A DNA stretch of 64,000 bases from a virus, in the IMG/VR virus record IMGVR_UViG_3300021962_000047, positions 1-64,000 of that record. One strand, given 5' to 3'. The translations under genes and the position numbers were made by a program. Under the pieces are notes generated by a model that was not told where the DNA came from, made no database searches, and saw only the letters and a program-made list of their open reading frames with translations. This document shows positions 11,701-21,151 of the stretch, in pieces (position 1 is the first letter of the stretch; every line of letters starts with the position of its first letter).

Positions 11701-13748
11701 GACATCGTACTTTGGAATCCGTACAAATACTTTGACATCCAATCCGTTTTTATTTCATAATTTCCTGAAATTTTTTCTTGAGCAATTATTTGCTCAAAGA
11801 ACATATATTCATTTGAATTAATTAACAATGAATTATTTGCAATAAAGTTAGTGTCTTCAGCATCATCACCTACAACCTCTCTACTTTCACAACTACACGC
11901 GTTACAGTCAGGGTACGACATATTTGGTAACGGTAATGAACTCAATGGACATTTAGCTGCAATATTAACCAACTGCCATCTTGGACAATTAATTTTTAAT
12001 AAACCAAATGAAAGGAATTTAACAACATTACATAATAGAATTACTACACTTAAGATTACTGTACCAATAATGTTTATAATAACTCTTAAAATTGGCCATA
12101 ATAAACAAACAATATTCGCCAACAGAATCAACATGATTATTGTTGGTGTCATTAGTGTTATTAATATGTTGAATAAGAAGTAAATAATGTCAAAATTTCT
12201 AACTCCGTCGTTTGTTGGGAATTTGTTTGTATCACCCTCACAACTTCTATCGATAATTTCTTTAATTCCTAAGAATCTAGCCCTACCCGTTCCCCTTCTA
12301 TATTCATCAATAAATTGTGATGTAGTATAAACTTTATTATACTTCATTTTATAGAAGGTATCATTACAGTTTATAGCTGCAGCCTTGTTGGCATAATCAG
12401 CCCAATCTAAAGAAAACGCATATGATTTTTGAAATAATTGCCATTGGGTATTAGCGGTATAATTTGGGTCATAATTAGGACTCTTATCGTCAGCAAGAGT
12501 CGCTGGGTCAATACCAGGATTTGCCGTAGTTCCAGTCCAACCATATTCTTTAATATTTGGTACTAAAAAGTTTCCCCTTAATATTTCACCAGGAACAGGG
12601 AAAAACCCACCTAAAGGATTTACTCCACCACCATTCTCTTCTGACTGATATTTTACTTTAAATCTATATTTTGCTGTTGTAGGTATACCTATTCTAGAAT
12701 CATTGGTAATAACTTGTTCTCCAAATTCATTTGTAACAACATAGTCCATATTCATCGGAACTTCAGTTACGAATGTACCGTCTTCATCAATTACCTTACC
12801 CCCTTGCTCTAATTTATATTGTTCTAATATTGGGTCACCATTAACATCGACATTAATTGTTTGACGAATGGCTAAAATTTCACCAGGTCCTGTCACCATA
12901 CCACAAAGGTCACCCTGCTCAGTTTTTGGCTTACAATTCTTTTTTAACATTTGAGAATCGTTTGAACTCATGATTGAACCCATGAAAATGGAGGTGGGAG
13001 TTATCTCAACCCCCAAATCTCTTAAATCAAAATCCACTCGAGTAATTCCAACATCACATACATCTCCTTCACCCCAAAATGATGATACATCAACATTTTT
13101 TGTTTGGTGAATAATTTGTGGTAAACTATCAATATTTTCAGAAGCTCTGAATTGGTTTCCATCAAATTGTTCTGCAGTACCTAAGCCCATTCGTATTAAA
13201 TCTACAGGTCTAAGTGAAAAACACCCTATATTTGATAAATCTAAATCCAATACTGCGGTCTGTACCCCTAACGGAACACCCACAATCATAAAGTCACCTG
13301 ACTCGTTTGTTTTAACCGTGAACTTATAATATTTGTCGTATATTTCTAATACTTCATTTCTGGTTAATACATCTTGTCTTGTTGGGAAGGTTCCTGTCGG
13401 AGTATGTCCTCCATATTCTTTTTCATATGGTAATAGATTATATCTGTATCCATCTTCATTTTTATCTTCAGGACTTTTATATGGATATAATGTTGATATG
13501 ATTGGATTTTCTAAATCAATATCCTCTACGGGTACAAAAATTGAAACTCTTGCATTTGGTACACCAAAACCACCATTAGCAACAACTCTACCAACAACAA
13601 CACCATAGTCCGCACAAAATTTTGTATATACGTCTTCCTGTCGTAATTTTAACGATAAAACTTCAAGAAAATCAAAATCTTGGTCTATCTTAACACGTAT
13701 ATTTTGGTCAACACCTAATTTGGTTCTTATTCTATAGGATTTTGGCAT
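8748..13748 (-). CDS. Large virion protein with an N-terminal carboxypeptidase-regulatory-like domain and an internal hydrophobic segment
   Basis: 1666 aa. GVVVGRVVANGGFGVPNARVSIF...KTNESGDFMIVGVPLG, plus a ~65-aa hydrophobic stretch (IIYFLFNILITLM...FLSFGLL). Confidence 0.6.
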   Translation of the reverse strand: MPKSYRIRTKLGVDQNIRVKIDQDFDFLEVLSLKLRQEDVYTKFCADYGVVVGRVVANGGFGVPNARVSIFVPVEDIDLENPIISTLYPYKSPEDKNEDGYRYNLLPYEKEYGGHTPTGTFPTRQDVLTRNEVLEIYDKYYKFTVKTNESGDFMIVGVPLGVQTAVLDLDLSNIGCFSLRPVDLIRMGLGTAEQFDGNQFRASENIDSLPQIIHQTKNVDVSSFWGEGDVCDVGITRVDFDLRDLGVEITPTSIFMGSIMSSNDSQMLKKNCKPKTEQGDLCGMVTGPGEILAIRQTINVDVNGDPILEQYKLEQGGKVIDEDGTFVTEVPMNMDYVVTNEFGEQVITNDSRIGIPTTAKYRFKVKYQSEENGGGVNPLGGFFPVPGEILRGNFLVPNIKEYGWTGTTANPGIDPATLADDKSPNYDPNYTANTQWQLFQKSYAFSLDWADYANKAAAINCNDTFYKMKYNKVYTTSQFIDEYRRGTGRARFLGIKEIIDRSCEGDTNKFPTNDGVRNFDIIYFLFNILITLMTPTIIMLILLANIVCLLWPILRVIINIIGTVILSVVILLCNVVKFLSFGLLKINCPRWQLVNIAAKCPLSSLPLPNMSYPDCNACSCESREVVGDDAEDTNFIANNSLLINSNEYMFFEQIIAQEKISGNYEIKTDWMSKYLYGFQSTMSGFDNGTNNDVWTKSPFMDDIDPDGNPYTSYKTWSWDLTLGERLNLFNVKSKYHLNGGYNKIKVEVNPNSNTGKFHYDNVMAIVCDPNSEQTLTAGSIITFQNINSSIDPNISGGTTGTSITSSSYNVTVNYMNPSNLGLNSSTIYSITGSTGTNKNKYVFPSDIEYFQVITATTVGSYIDMASPFGAPPTSNESGYVTANNKFINRFLMGYQRIKKGGGSNPDIYPDGGGDDKFLNNYPNLKLNSEFRNHVVVFLVRGVDMYTDRQDTIFDLSTLYGTTFGNGPKVRGNYKMNIPIQRYTSSTNWKLPRHNQLTNNGSSNNGYLFFGSYTFTVGSNYTSYTTKNHLDYSCLDSDNYKVGSGSAGSSSDFNLVNNAVATRNSANKMVNMGNSKDGFINGYWDNEVVEGGTMMLCNGGSGNPNRNDYFYYSPTYFTQYPSDTLPMTDTSRMIMRSERLPSSDVHDRRFVLHQNKDFAIYKVSDLGSSSQPTPTYTTGTDNFNDAPDDFAEDAGNMAATILQTFACETMVPLGCYTGNGENFGVAISTNDCYYVDKQDDLKKIYGGCYYLVQKPGFSGIVKDVQLFAEWKSRFRMMFALCRNVVSLTFVNNWINGSLYMFSFQKDTLYLAPFSAATFNTDVTYRYCIDNLVFKETNNSFFYRSSPFNGTEFTGKNSPLKNNGDPYPVSAALNNRLLGYPTTMMDLGPRDQFTKEICFNPDFEGFIIDKVRTTSYNDTSDILQLFVISRLTDANFLEQLIGLGDGSVSKLFSRENSRLDGDIAQLLSINSEFGVTPYLGDNYTDSNIKYLTSSDGPVLGIFFTGNTENRDLITPGRTTFADNTIVYLTNYYGFEDQQVPYHPWKIQSNGNIIFGNQLNDWNTKTAVDSTINTIYYQGVDRLIGGQPSSGQPTFPSEVSTPTTQKPGFIYNSSSTGGINPTINVKTTIPTMPSYIMEGSPYHFYFGLRIGKSAMNKYITKYIFNEDLI

Positions 13749-13819
13749 AGTTCTATTTTTAGATAAATACTTATTTACCTAATTTCAAAAGTAGTTTAAC
13801 TAATGTCTATGTAAATAAG

Positions 13820-15658
13820 TTAAGAGAAATCTATATTTTTAAGATTTTTCACTCTAACTTTAATATCCTTATTAGGGAATCTTATTTGATAAATTTGCGA
13901 AGGTTCAGCAAAAATAGTATCGTCAACTAATTGAATCTGTTTTGTAGCCGCATTTGAATAACGCTGAGATGTTTGAGATGACGAATATTGACCACCAACT
14001 TTATTAAACACCGCAATATCTGTAACTGACATAACACCTGAAACATTTTGTACATCACTTCTAATTTCAGACACAGAAACATTTTGACCCATCTCTCTAA
14101 ACAGTGGGTTCATTTTCTGTGAAACAACATCAATAACACGTGTGATAACCTCACCTTGGTTTTGAGTAGAATCTATAACAACAGATATTTCATATTCTAA
14201 ATCAATAACTTGAGCAACATTCACCGCTATATAGTCATTAATCATCCTATAATTTGATAAATAATTTGCAATGTTTTGTTTTAAAGTATTTGATACTTGT
14301 TGTGTCAATCTACCACTACTATCATATGATAATATGTTAATATTAATTTTATTATCACTTTCCGTGATTGCAACTTTGGCTGGTGCTCCAAACTTACCAG
14401 GCATTTTCTTAATTAAAGCGTTATAATCATTAACCGTCACCGCTCTGTTTTGAGATGCGAAGTTAAAGGATACCATATTTCTAACTTCATCTGTAGATGG
14501 TGGATTTGCACCACCAATAGCCGCGGTTACGTTATTAACTCTCAATGAATTTATAACCATACTATTGATGTTAGCCGATGGTCCATTTACAAAGAAATTA
14601 ATAGTACCGACTTGGTTAATAGCATTTACACCGATATTAGAAATTGTTCCACCTCCAACTCTGTATTGAACGAAGATTGTTGTATTGGCTTTAACAGTTT
14701 TACCTAAACCAATATTATTTTGATAATCCTGAATTCTTAATGGTATTCCCGTTCTAGCAAATTGTGCTAATTGTTCGTCAGCCGTTACCGTGGCATTACC
14801 GAACTGTAATTTCATAAACCCTTCAGGAGTATATTCAGTAATAAATCTTAAATCAGTTTCGATGTATCTTCCAACTTTAATTCCAGGCATATCTGAAGGT
14901 TTTGTTGGGTCTTCAACAAACACCGTATTTTCAGCCAACGCATCTACTTCAAACCAACGATTTGGTGAACTTATAAATTCAGAGTATGTTGGGGTAGCCT
15001 GAAATGATGTCCCATCTTTTTGTATTACAGATGTAACACTTAATACATTTTTTTCAGGTAAGAAAAATTCAAAGAATGGTTTAACGTCTGCCGGTGTAAC
15101 AACTTTTTTGAATACTTTTGTAATACCATTAACAACAACTTCTCTTTTTGTAATCGTGTAATTTATTAAAATATTATTTGAATCGAAATTAGGTATCTTA
15201 GTTCTGTTAGGATATCCCTCATTATTATATTGACTTGAAAAATCTATGTCGTATACAGTTTCAAACGTTTGACCAGCACCTACAACTTGTGAGCCAGCTC
15301 TTAAAATACCTAAATAACGAGTATCTTCTTGGTCTCCAAATGCGGGTACCGTAATTGATAAATCAACTAAAGCAACAGATGGTCTAGCACCTGGTACTTT
15401 TAAACCATAAGTTCTAGCAATGTTATAAACTGAAGAACGTTGTTGAGCATATTGAAGAACAGTTTCTTGAATACTTCTATCCATATGATAATGTAAATTA
15501 TCACCAATAGCCGCGTTCAAATCTAAAAATACAGAATAAACCGAAGCGTCATTAAAATTATCAATTAACTCGGGATAATACTCTCTAGTATAGTTAATTA
15601 GGTCCTGACGTAACGATTCAAAATCTCTGTCTGTATATGATATTCTTCTTTGTGCCAT
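13820..15658 (-). CDS. Baseplate wedge subunit (T4 gp6 / baseplate J-like)
   Basis: 612 aa. DRDFESLRQDLINY...DNFNDAS, AQQRSSVYNIARTYG, YRVGGG, GGA...FASQNRAVTVNDY. Confidence 0.85.
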   Translation of the reverse strand: MAQRRISYTDRDFESLRQDLINYTREYYPELIDNFNDASVYSVFLDLNAAIGDNLHYHMDRSIQETVLQYAQQRSSVYNIARTYGLKVPGARPSVALVDLSITVPAFGDQEDTRYLGILRAGSQVVGAGQTFETVYDIDFSSQYNNEGYPNRTKIPNFDSNNILINYTITKREVVVNGITKVFKKVVTPADVKPFFEFFLPEKNVLSVTSVIQKDGTSFQATPTYSEFISSPNRWFEVDALAENTVFVEDPTKPSDMPGIKVGRYIETDLRFITEYTPEGFMKLQFGNATVTADEQLAQFARTGIPLRIQDYQNNIGLGKTVKANTTIFVQYRVGGGTISNIGVNAINQVGTINFFVNGPSANINSMVINSLRVNNVTAAIGGANPPSTDEVRNMVSFNFASQNRAVTVNDYNALIKKMPGKFGAPAKVAITESDNKININILSYDSSGRLTQQVSNTLKQNIANYLSNYRMINDYIAVNVAQVIDLEYEISVVIDSTQNQGEVITRVIDVVSQKMNPLFREMGQNVSVSEIRSDVQNVSGVMSVTDIAVFNKVGGQYSSSQTSQRYSNAATKQIQLVDDTIFAEPSQIYQIRFPNKDIKVRVKNLKNIDFS

Positions 15659-15663
15659 TTACA

Positions 15664-16128
15664 TTAAATATTAATTATTATAAAATCACGGCTTTCAAAC
15701 GTAGAGTCAGTTATTGTGTAATCAATTCTAACTTTTGCGGTATATTCTTCCGTTCCCCTTCCAGGTATTCTATAAATACCTCCAACACCCAAGTTTGACA
15801 TATTTAATTCACCCTGAACTTCTAAATCATCCAAATATGGCATTATACTTATTTCATTAATAATAATGTTAGGTAAGTATTTGTCTACCGCTTCTCTAAT
15901 ATCAGCCTTGATTGCATCAAATGATGGTCCGTCCATAGGCTCAAAAATAAATTCGTATATTCTAGTACCAAAATCCGGTAAATAATAACGAGAACCTTTT
16001 CTTGTTAAGATAAGATGTAATAAATCAGTCCTTATCTCCTCATCAGCACCTTGAGAAAGTGATAAGTATTTTCCATCCCTACTTTTTTGAAACGGGAAAT
16101 TTATTCCATATGTATAACCATCTGCCAT
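15664..16128 (-). CDS. Baseplate gp25-like sheath initiator
   Basis: LILTRKGSRYYLPDFGTRIYEFIFEP is the gp25/GPW motif, and the gene is adjacent to the gp6-like gene. Confidence 0.9.
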   Translation of the reverse strand: MADGYTYGINFPFQKSRDGKYLSLSQGADEEIRTDLLHLILTRKGSRYYLPDFGTRIYEFIFEPMDGPSFDAIKADIREAVDKYLPNIIINEISIMPYLDDLEVQGELNMSNLGVGGIYRIPGRGTEEYTAKVRIDYTITDSTFESRDFIIINI

Positions 16129-16159
16129 TGTCTATAAATATTGTAAGTAAGTAATTTAT

Positions 16160-16187
16160 AAAAAAAAGAGGACCGAAGTCCTCTTTT
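16160..16187 (-). terminator. Rho-independent terminator with cUUCGg loop after nrdA
   Basis: Minus strand reads AAAAGAGGAC-TTCG-GTCCTCTTTT followed by TTTT. Confidence 0.85.
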
Positions 16188-16214
16188 ATATTTATTTATT
16201 GTTATAAATAACAA

Positions 16215-17942
16215 TTAACCTTCACACGCAACACACTGCAAGTCGTTTAAGTTTAACTTTTTTCTTGCAAATGCCTGAGCTGAGTTCATTGAATGCTGAT
16301 AATAAAGTGTTTTCACACCTAATTGCCATGCATCAATAAGAAGTTTGTTAACATCCTTAGTCGGCATATCAGGTGAAATCATTAAGTTAAGTGATTGTGA
16401 TTGGTCAATATAATCTTGACGTACCGCAGCTTGGTTAATGATAGATGCCTGATTTACCTCAGCAAAAGTTCTAAAAACTTCTTTTTGTTCGTCAGTTAAA
16501 AATTCTAAATGCTGTACTGAACCATCATGTTTTTTAATACTATCCCATGTGGCTTTAGTATCTTTTTTAAGTTCCTTTAACAATTCCTTCAATACTGGAT
16601 TCTTAATTGTAACTTTTAATTTAGCAACATCTTTAACGTAACAGTTAGACCAAATTGGTTCAATTGATTGTGATACCTGTCCTAAAATAAATGCCGATGA
16701 TGTGGTAGGTGCAATTGCATTTAATGTAACATTTCTTCTACCATATCCAATCAAAGTTTCAGGTTCTCCAAAAATCTGAGCCAACTCTTCTGATGCTTTA
16801 TATGATTTTTCTTTAATCAATTTAAACACTTCAACATTTAATCTTGCAGTTTCTCTTGTATCAAAAGCTAAGTTTTTAGATTGTAACAATGAATGCCATC
16901 CTAATACACCAAGACCTAAAGCTCTTTGTCTTTTAGCAAAATTATATGCTTTTTCCAAATAAAAGAATGCTCTTTGTCCTTCGATTGTACCTGTGTGTCT
17001 TAGTGCGTCAATTTTATCAATAAATTCGGTTACAACCGCATCCAAGAAATAAACCATTACTTCAACAGCATCTGTGTCTTTCCACTCATCATAATGTAAT
17101 AAATTCATAGATGAAAGAACACAAACAAATGACTCTTCTTCAGAGTTATGAAGTGCAATTTCAGAACAAAGATTTGAATTATAAATCTTCATGTCCTTAT
17201 CACGATAAACTTCAGGTGCTTTATTATTCATAGTGTCGGTAAACATGATATATGGATATCCAATTTCACCTCGTCTTTGAATTACTTTAGCCCAAATCGC
17301 TCTTTTTTGTTTATCACCTTCAATCATTTCTTTCATGAATTCATCAGTAACTGTAACCGCGTGTGTTAAATCTTGAATCGGGAATCCCTCAGTACCAATC
17401 TCTAAGAATTCCATAATATCTGGGTGCTCAACAGGTAAGTACGGAGAAAATCTACCTCTACGAGTTGAACCTTGTGAAATATTATCAACTACACTCTGAA
17501 ACAAATTCATAAAGTGTACAGAACCAGGAGCGTGTCCATTATCTGTAATCTCAGCACCTCTTCCTCTGATATTTCCAAAGAAACCTGAAGTACCTCCACC
17601 CATTTTACTCATTTCACCAACTTCAGCTTGAGTGTAAAGGATTGATTCAATATTGTCTCCAATATTGGACCCAAAACAACTTACAGGTAATCCTCTTTTC
17701 TTACCAAAGTTAGCCCATACAGGTGAAGATAGTGAATACCATCCTTTACCCATATAATCAAAAAACTTGTCGGCAAAACCGTCAAAAGTTTTATTATTTG
17801 TTGTATTGTTTAAAATTTGTTCTGCGTGGTTAGCAATTGTTCGTATTCTCTCTAAAGGTTCTTCACCTTCACTTAAATAACCTCTACGAAGAAATGTAAT
17901 TGATTCTTCGTTAATCCAATCGAATGGTTCTCTATTGTTCAT
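16215..17942 (-). CDS. nrdA: Class I ribonucleotide reductase alpha subunit, no ATP cone
   Basis: PVSCF, NSNLCSEI, FVCVLSS, AIAPTTSS, KTLYY and a C-terminal CVAC. Confidence 0.95.
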   Translation of the reverse strand: MNNREPFDWINEESITFLRRGYLSEGEEPLERIRTIANHAEQILNNTTNNKTFDGFADKFFDYMGKGWYSLSSPVWANFGKKRGLPVSCFGSNIGDNIESILYTQAEVGEMSKMGGGTSGFFGNIRGRGAEITDNGHAPGSVHFMNLFQSVVDNISQGSTRRGRFSPYLPVEHPDIMEFLEIGTEGFPIQDLTHAVTVTDEFMKEMIEGDKQKRAIWAKVIQRRGEIGYPYIMFTDTMNNKAPEVYRDKDMKIYNSNLCSEIALHNSEEESFVCVLSSMNLLHYDEWKDTDAVEVMVYFLDAVVTEFIDKIDALRHTGTIEGQRAFFYLEKAYNFAKRQRALGLGVLGWHSLLQSKNLAFDTRETARLNVEVFKLIKEKSYKASEELAQIFGEPETLIGYGRRNVTLNAIAPTTSSAFILGQVSQSIEPIWSNCYVKDVAKLKVTIKNPVLKELLKELKKDTKATWDSIKKHDGSVQHLEFLTDEQKEVFRTFAEVNQASIINQAAVRQDYIDQSQSLNLMISPDMPTKDVNKLLIDAWQLGVKTLYYQHSMNSAQAFARKKLNLNDLQCVACEG

Positions 17943-17966
17943 AAATATTTTTTATATAAAATTAAA

Positions 17967-19247
17967 TTAAAATAAATCGTTTAAAGTAATTGATTTTGAT
18001 TTTTTGCTATAGTTGATACTTCTTTTGTTAAAGAAATCTGTATGTTTTGTGGTTAAAATTTCATCATCAAACCATTCAGTAGTTTCTAACATTTTCTTAT
18101 CAACGTGGAATATATCTTCAATACCAATTGAATTCAAAGATACGTTAAAACGGTGTTTAATAAACTCCAAAGTTTGTGCTTTAGTTAGAAAATCTAAATC
18201 TCCTTTTTCAAAAATCCAATCAACAATGTCAGATTCTGAACTAAATGCATCTATAGTAGCATCAATTAAATCTTGTATTAATTCTTGTGTCCACCACTCA
18301 GGATTTTCTCTTTTTATTAGATTAACCAAATCAAATCCAAACTCAGCATGAATGTTTTCTTCTTTTGAAGTTGCTTCAACTGCATTACTCATACCCTTTA
18401 ATACATTCTTATGTTTATTAAAAGACATAATAACTAAGAATTGTGAAAACAATGATACGTTTTCAACAAACATCGAGAATAGAATTACAGATTCAAAATA
18501 ATCACGGTTATCAACCGCTTTAGAATTTGTAATTGCCTTTTCCAAATATTTGATTCTTTTACGAATTGCAGGTACCTCTAAAAGATTTTCAAACTCGCTA
18601 TTCAATCCTAAAACTTGTATCAAGTTTGAGTATGCATCTGCGTGTCTTACTTCCGATTCAGCAAAAGTTGCACCAACATTTCCGATTTCAGGTTTTGGTA
18701 ATCTTTTGTAAATGTCACCCCAAAAAGTTTTAACTGCAATTTCAATTTGAGAAATCGCCAACATAGCTCGTTGTACTGCAGTTTTTTCTTTTTCATTAAG
18801 GTGAACCATAAAATCTTGAATATCTGAAGTAAAATTAAATTCAGTGTGAACCCAATATGAATGACGAATTGCATCAACATATTCAACCAGTTCAGGATAC
18901 TCATATGGTTTTAAATTTACTCTCTTAGTAAAGATATTTGGTCTGTGTTTAGAACGATAAATGATATATTCTTTTGCAACATCATTTAAACCATTATCCA
19001 TAAGTTTATTCTCAACCATATCATGTATTTCATCAACGTGAGGTACACGGGTTTTATCACCTCTAAAAAGACTTTTCATTGTAAGTCTAGCAATCTTTTC
19101 AGCCATTTCTGAGTCGTGTTTATCAATACCACTCATAGCCTTTAGAATTGCGTTTTGGATTTTTTCAAGTTCAAAAAGAACTTTATCACCATTTCTTTTG
19201 ATTACAAACTTAATGTCTTTAATCTCCAAGTTTTCCATATTATTCAT
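17967..19247 (-). CDS. nrdB: Ribonucleotide reductase beta subunit with N-terminal ATP cone (class Id-like); start likely 19247 or 19238
   Basis: VIKRNG...EKIQNAILKA...VENKLM...VAKEYIIYR forms the ATP cone. Ferritin-like ligands: SQIEIAVK, ESEVRHADAY, VENVSLF, KEENIH. Confidence 0.92.
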   Translation of the reverse strand: MNNMENLEIKDIKFVIKRNGDKVLFELEKIQNAILKAMSGIDKHDSEMAEKIARLTMKSLFRGDKTRVPHVDEIHDMVENKLMDNGLNDVAKEYIIYRSKHRPNIFTKRVNLKPYEYPELVEYVDAIRHSYWVHTEFNFTSDIQDFMVHLNEKEKTAVQRAMLAISQIEIAVKTFWGDIYKRLPKPEIGNVGATFAESEVRHADAYSNLIQVLGLNSEFENLLEVPAIRKRIKYLEKAITNSKAVDNRDYFESVILFSMFVENVSLFSQFLVIMSFNKHKNVLKGMSNAVEATSKEENIHAEFGFDLVNLIKRENPEWWTQELIQDLIDATIDAFSSESDIVDWIFEKGDLDFLTKAQTLEFIKHRFNVSLNSIGIEDIFHVDKKMLETTEWFDDEILTTKHTDFFNKRSINYSKKSKSITLNDLF

Positions 19248-19251
19248 AATT

Positions 19252-20628
19252 TTAATTGTTTTGTTTTTGTTGTCTTCTTTCAAAAAGCATTTTAACACGC
19301 TCTCTGTTTTTTTCTTCTTTCTGTTCCTCTAACCCAAGGAATGTTATACTTTGTTCTGTATCGATAACCAAAAATTCATTATCGAATTTACAGTTTTCGA
19401 ATACAATACCATCTTTACCTATACGTGATTTAGTTATCGCGATTGTAGCTAAATTCATTTCTTTCTGTTGAAGCGACTTTGCCACAGATATAATTACGTG
19501 ACCAACTTGAGCTTTCTTAATAGAACCACCCATTTGGTCTGTAGTAACAACATCTGAAGATATAGATGAACGGTTACCTTGAGTGGCAGTCCATCCAACC
19601 AAATTTAATTCGTGACACATTGCCTCAAAAGCCCTCATAACTGAACCTTCACTCTTCCATTCATCACCCAAGTTTTTATCAGGTACAACACAATCAATAT
19701 AGTCCAATACTATCATATCTACTTTGTTCCCTTCAGCAATCATTTTACGAATCTGATTTTTAATTTGATTCATAGTCAAAGTATCTGAAGGTAACTTTTT
19801 CAATATTAGTTTGTTCTTTGTATTTGTCTTAATTTCTTTCACTTTATTCATGACGACATCCCTATGATTTGATAAATCATCAGGAGCAATTCCAGTCCAC
19901 ATAGTGAAGTGTTTTCTTTGAATAATCTTAGGGTTATCTTCAAAAAATACTTGTAAGACATTATACCCTAAATTAAAACCATTGTTCGCAATTTTCGATA
20001 AAACGGTTGTTTTACCAACACCTGTTGGAGCTAAGATTACACCAAGTTCACCTTTAGCCAAACCACCTTTCAATAGGTTGTCAATACCCGTGATTCCCAT
20101 AGGAATTGGGTGACGGAAATCGTCTTTTAATACATCATCCAAGTTAGCAAAAACATCTGATGTACCAGCATCAACTTCACCTACTTGAAGAGCTTGTCTT
20201 ACCATCCCTTCGAGGTGGTCATAACTTTCAAAATCACCCTTATCAATAATCTTCTGAGCTTTAGTCATAACCTTTTGTAGTTCTTGTTGTTTACAGAACT
20301 TCAAAGCTTTAGATTGAACAAACTCAGAACCTTCAATGGGTGATTCTTTTACCTCATTAACCATGTCCAAAACCATCTTCTGAGCCATTGGAGAGGTAAT
20401 TTCCGACTTTGTGAGTTGTTCCAAAGTATCGAAAGTTGGTGAACTTTCATAAGTTGAATAATACTGTTTTATTAACTGCATTATTAACTTAAAGTATTGA
20501 TTATCAAAGTATTTTGGGTCAAGAACGTCAACAATGGAAGTGGCGAAATCTTTATCAATAATAATATTATTTAGTAGCTGAATTTGAAATGAATTTCCTA
20601 AGTATCCAAAGTTTTTATCGTTCGACAT
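19252..20628 (-). CDS. Replicative DnaB/gp41-like helicase
   Basis: GGLAKGELGVILAPTGVGKT (Walker A), VLDYID, ATQGNR, KSR. Confidence 0.92.
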   Translation of the reverse strand: MSNDKNFGYLGNSFQIQLLNNIIIDKDFATSIVDVLDPKYFDNQYFKLIMQLIKQYYSTYESSPTFDTLEQLTKSEITSPMAQKMVLDMVNEVKESPIEGSEFVQSKALKFCKQQELQKVMTKAQKIIDKGDFESYDHLEGMVRQALQVGEVDAGTSDVFANLDDVLKDDFRHPIPMGITGIDNLLKGGLAKGELGVILAPTGVGKTTVLSKIANNGFNLGYNVLQVFFEDNPKIIQRKHFTMWTGIAPDDLSNHRDVVMNKVKEIKTNTKNKLILKKLPSDTLTMNQIKNQIRKMIAEGNKVDMIVLDYIDCVVPDKNLGDEWKSEGSVMRAFEAMCHELNLVGWTATQGNRSSISSDVVTTDQMGGSIKKAQVGHVIISVAKSLQQKEMNLATIAITKSRIGKDGIVFENCKFDNEFLVIDTEQSITFLGLEEQKEEKNRERVKMLFERRQQKQNN

Positions 20629-20676
20629 ATACTGTATTTTGTTTTAAATTTAACGGGTCCGGTTTAATAAATATGC

Positions 20677-21132
20677 TTAAATCAGACTATAGTTCATATA
20701 GTTGTGTGTTAAATTTTCAGATGAAAAAATGTCAGTCAACGCTCGAAGTATAGTTTTTAACTCTGGGCGTATGTCTACCGTATATCTTACCTTTGGAGGG
20801 TATACTTTAGCATCTAAAATTCTATGACAAATTGTCTCGTCACCCATCTTAATATAGACGTTAAAGAACTCATTTTCATCTGTATTTGATGTTTCTAAAA
20901 TCTCGGGTTCAACCATAATTTGGTCCATATTATCCATCATATACACCATTGTTTTTGCAACCAAAACTTGGTTGATAAGTTTAGTTACTTCATTCAAAAG
21001 TAAAGGTACCTCTAAGCTTCTACGAGCCTTTGAGTTATACCCTTTTACGTTGAAATAACGTTGTACTACAATGTTGTCATTCAAGGTTAACAAGAACTCC
21101 ATTTTAACTGCATCATTTGTTTGCTCTTTCAT
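20677..21132 (-). CDS. Hypothetical protein
   Basis: 151 aa ORF tiling within the replication cluster. Confidence 0.7.
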   Translation of the reverse strand: MKEQTNDAVKMEFLLTLNDNIVVQRYFNVKGYNSKARRSLEVPLLLNEVTKLINQVLVAKTMVYMMDNMDQIMVEPEILETSNTDENEFFNVYIKMGDETICHRILDAKVYPPKVRYTVDIRPELKTILRALTDIFSSENLTHNYMNYSLI

Positions 21133-21151
21133 AAAAATTTTTAATTAATTG

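Noticed and set aside
19248-19298. Track start of nrdB at 19298
   Set aside because: It overlaps the helicase end. ATGs at 19247 and 19238 directly precede the ATP cone.
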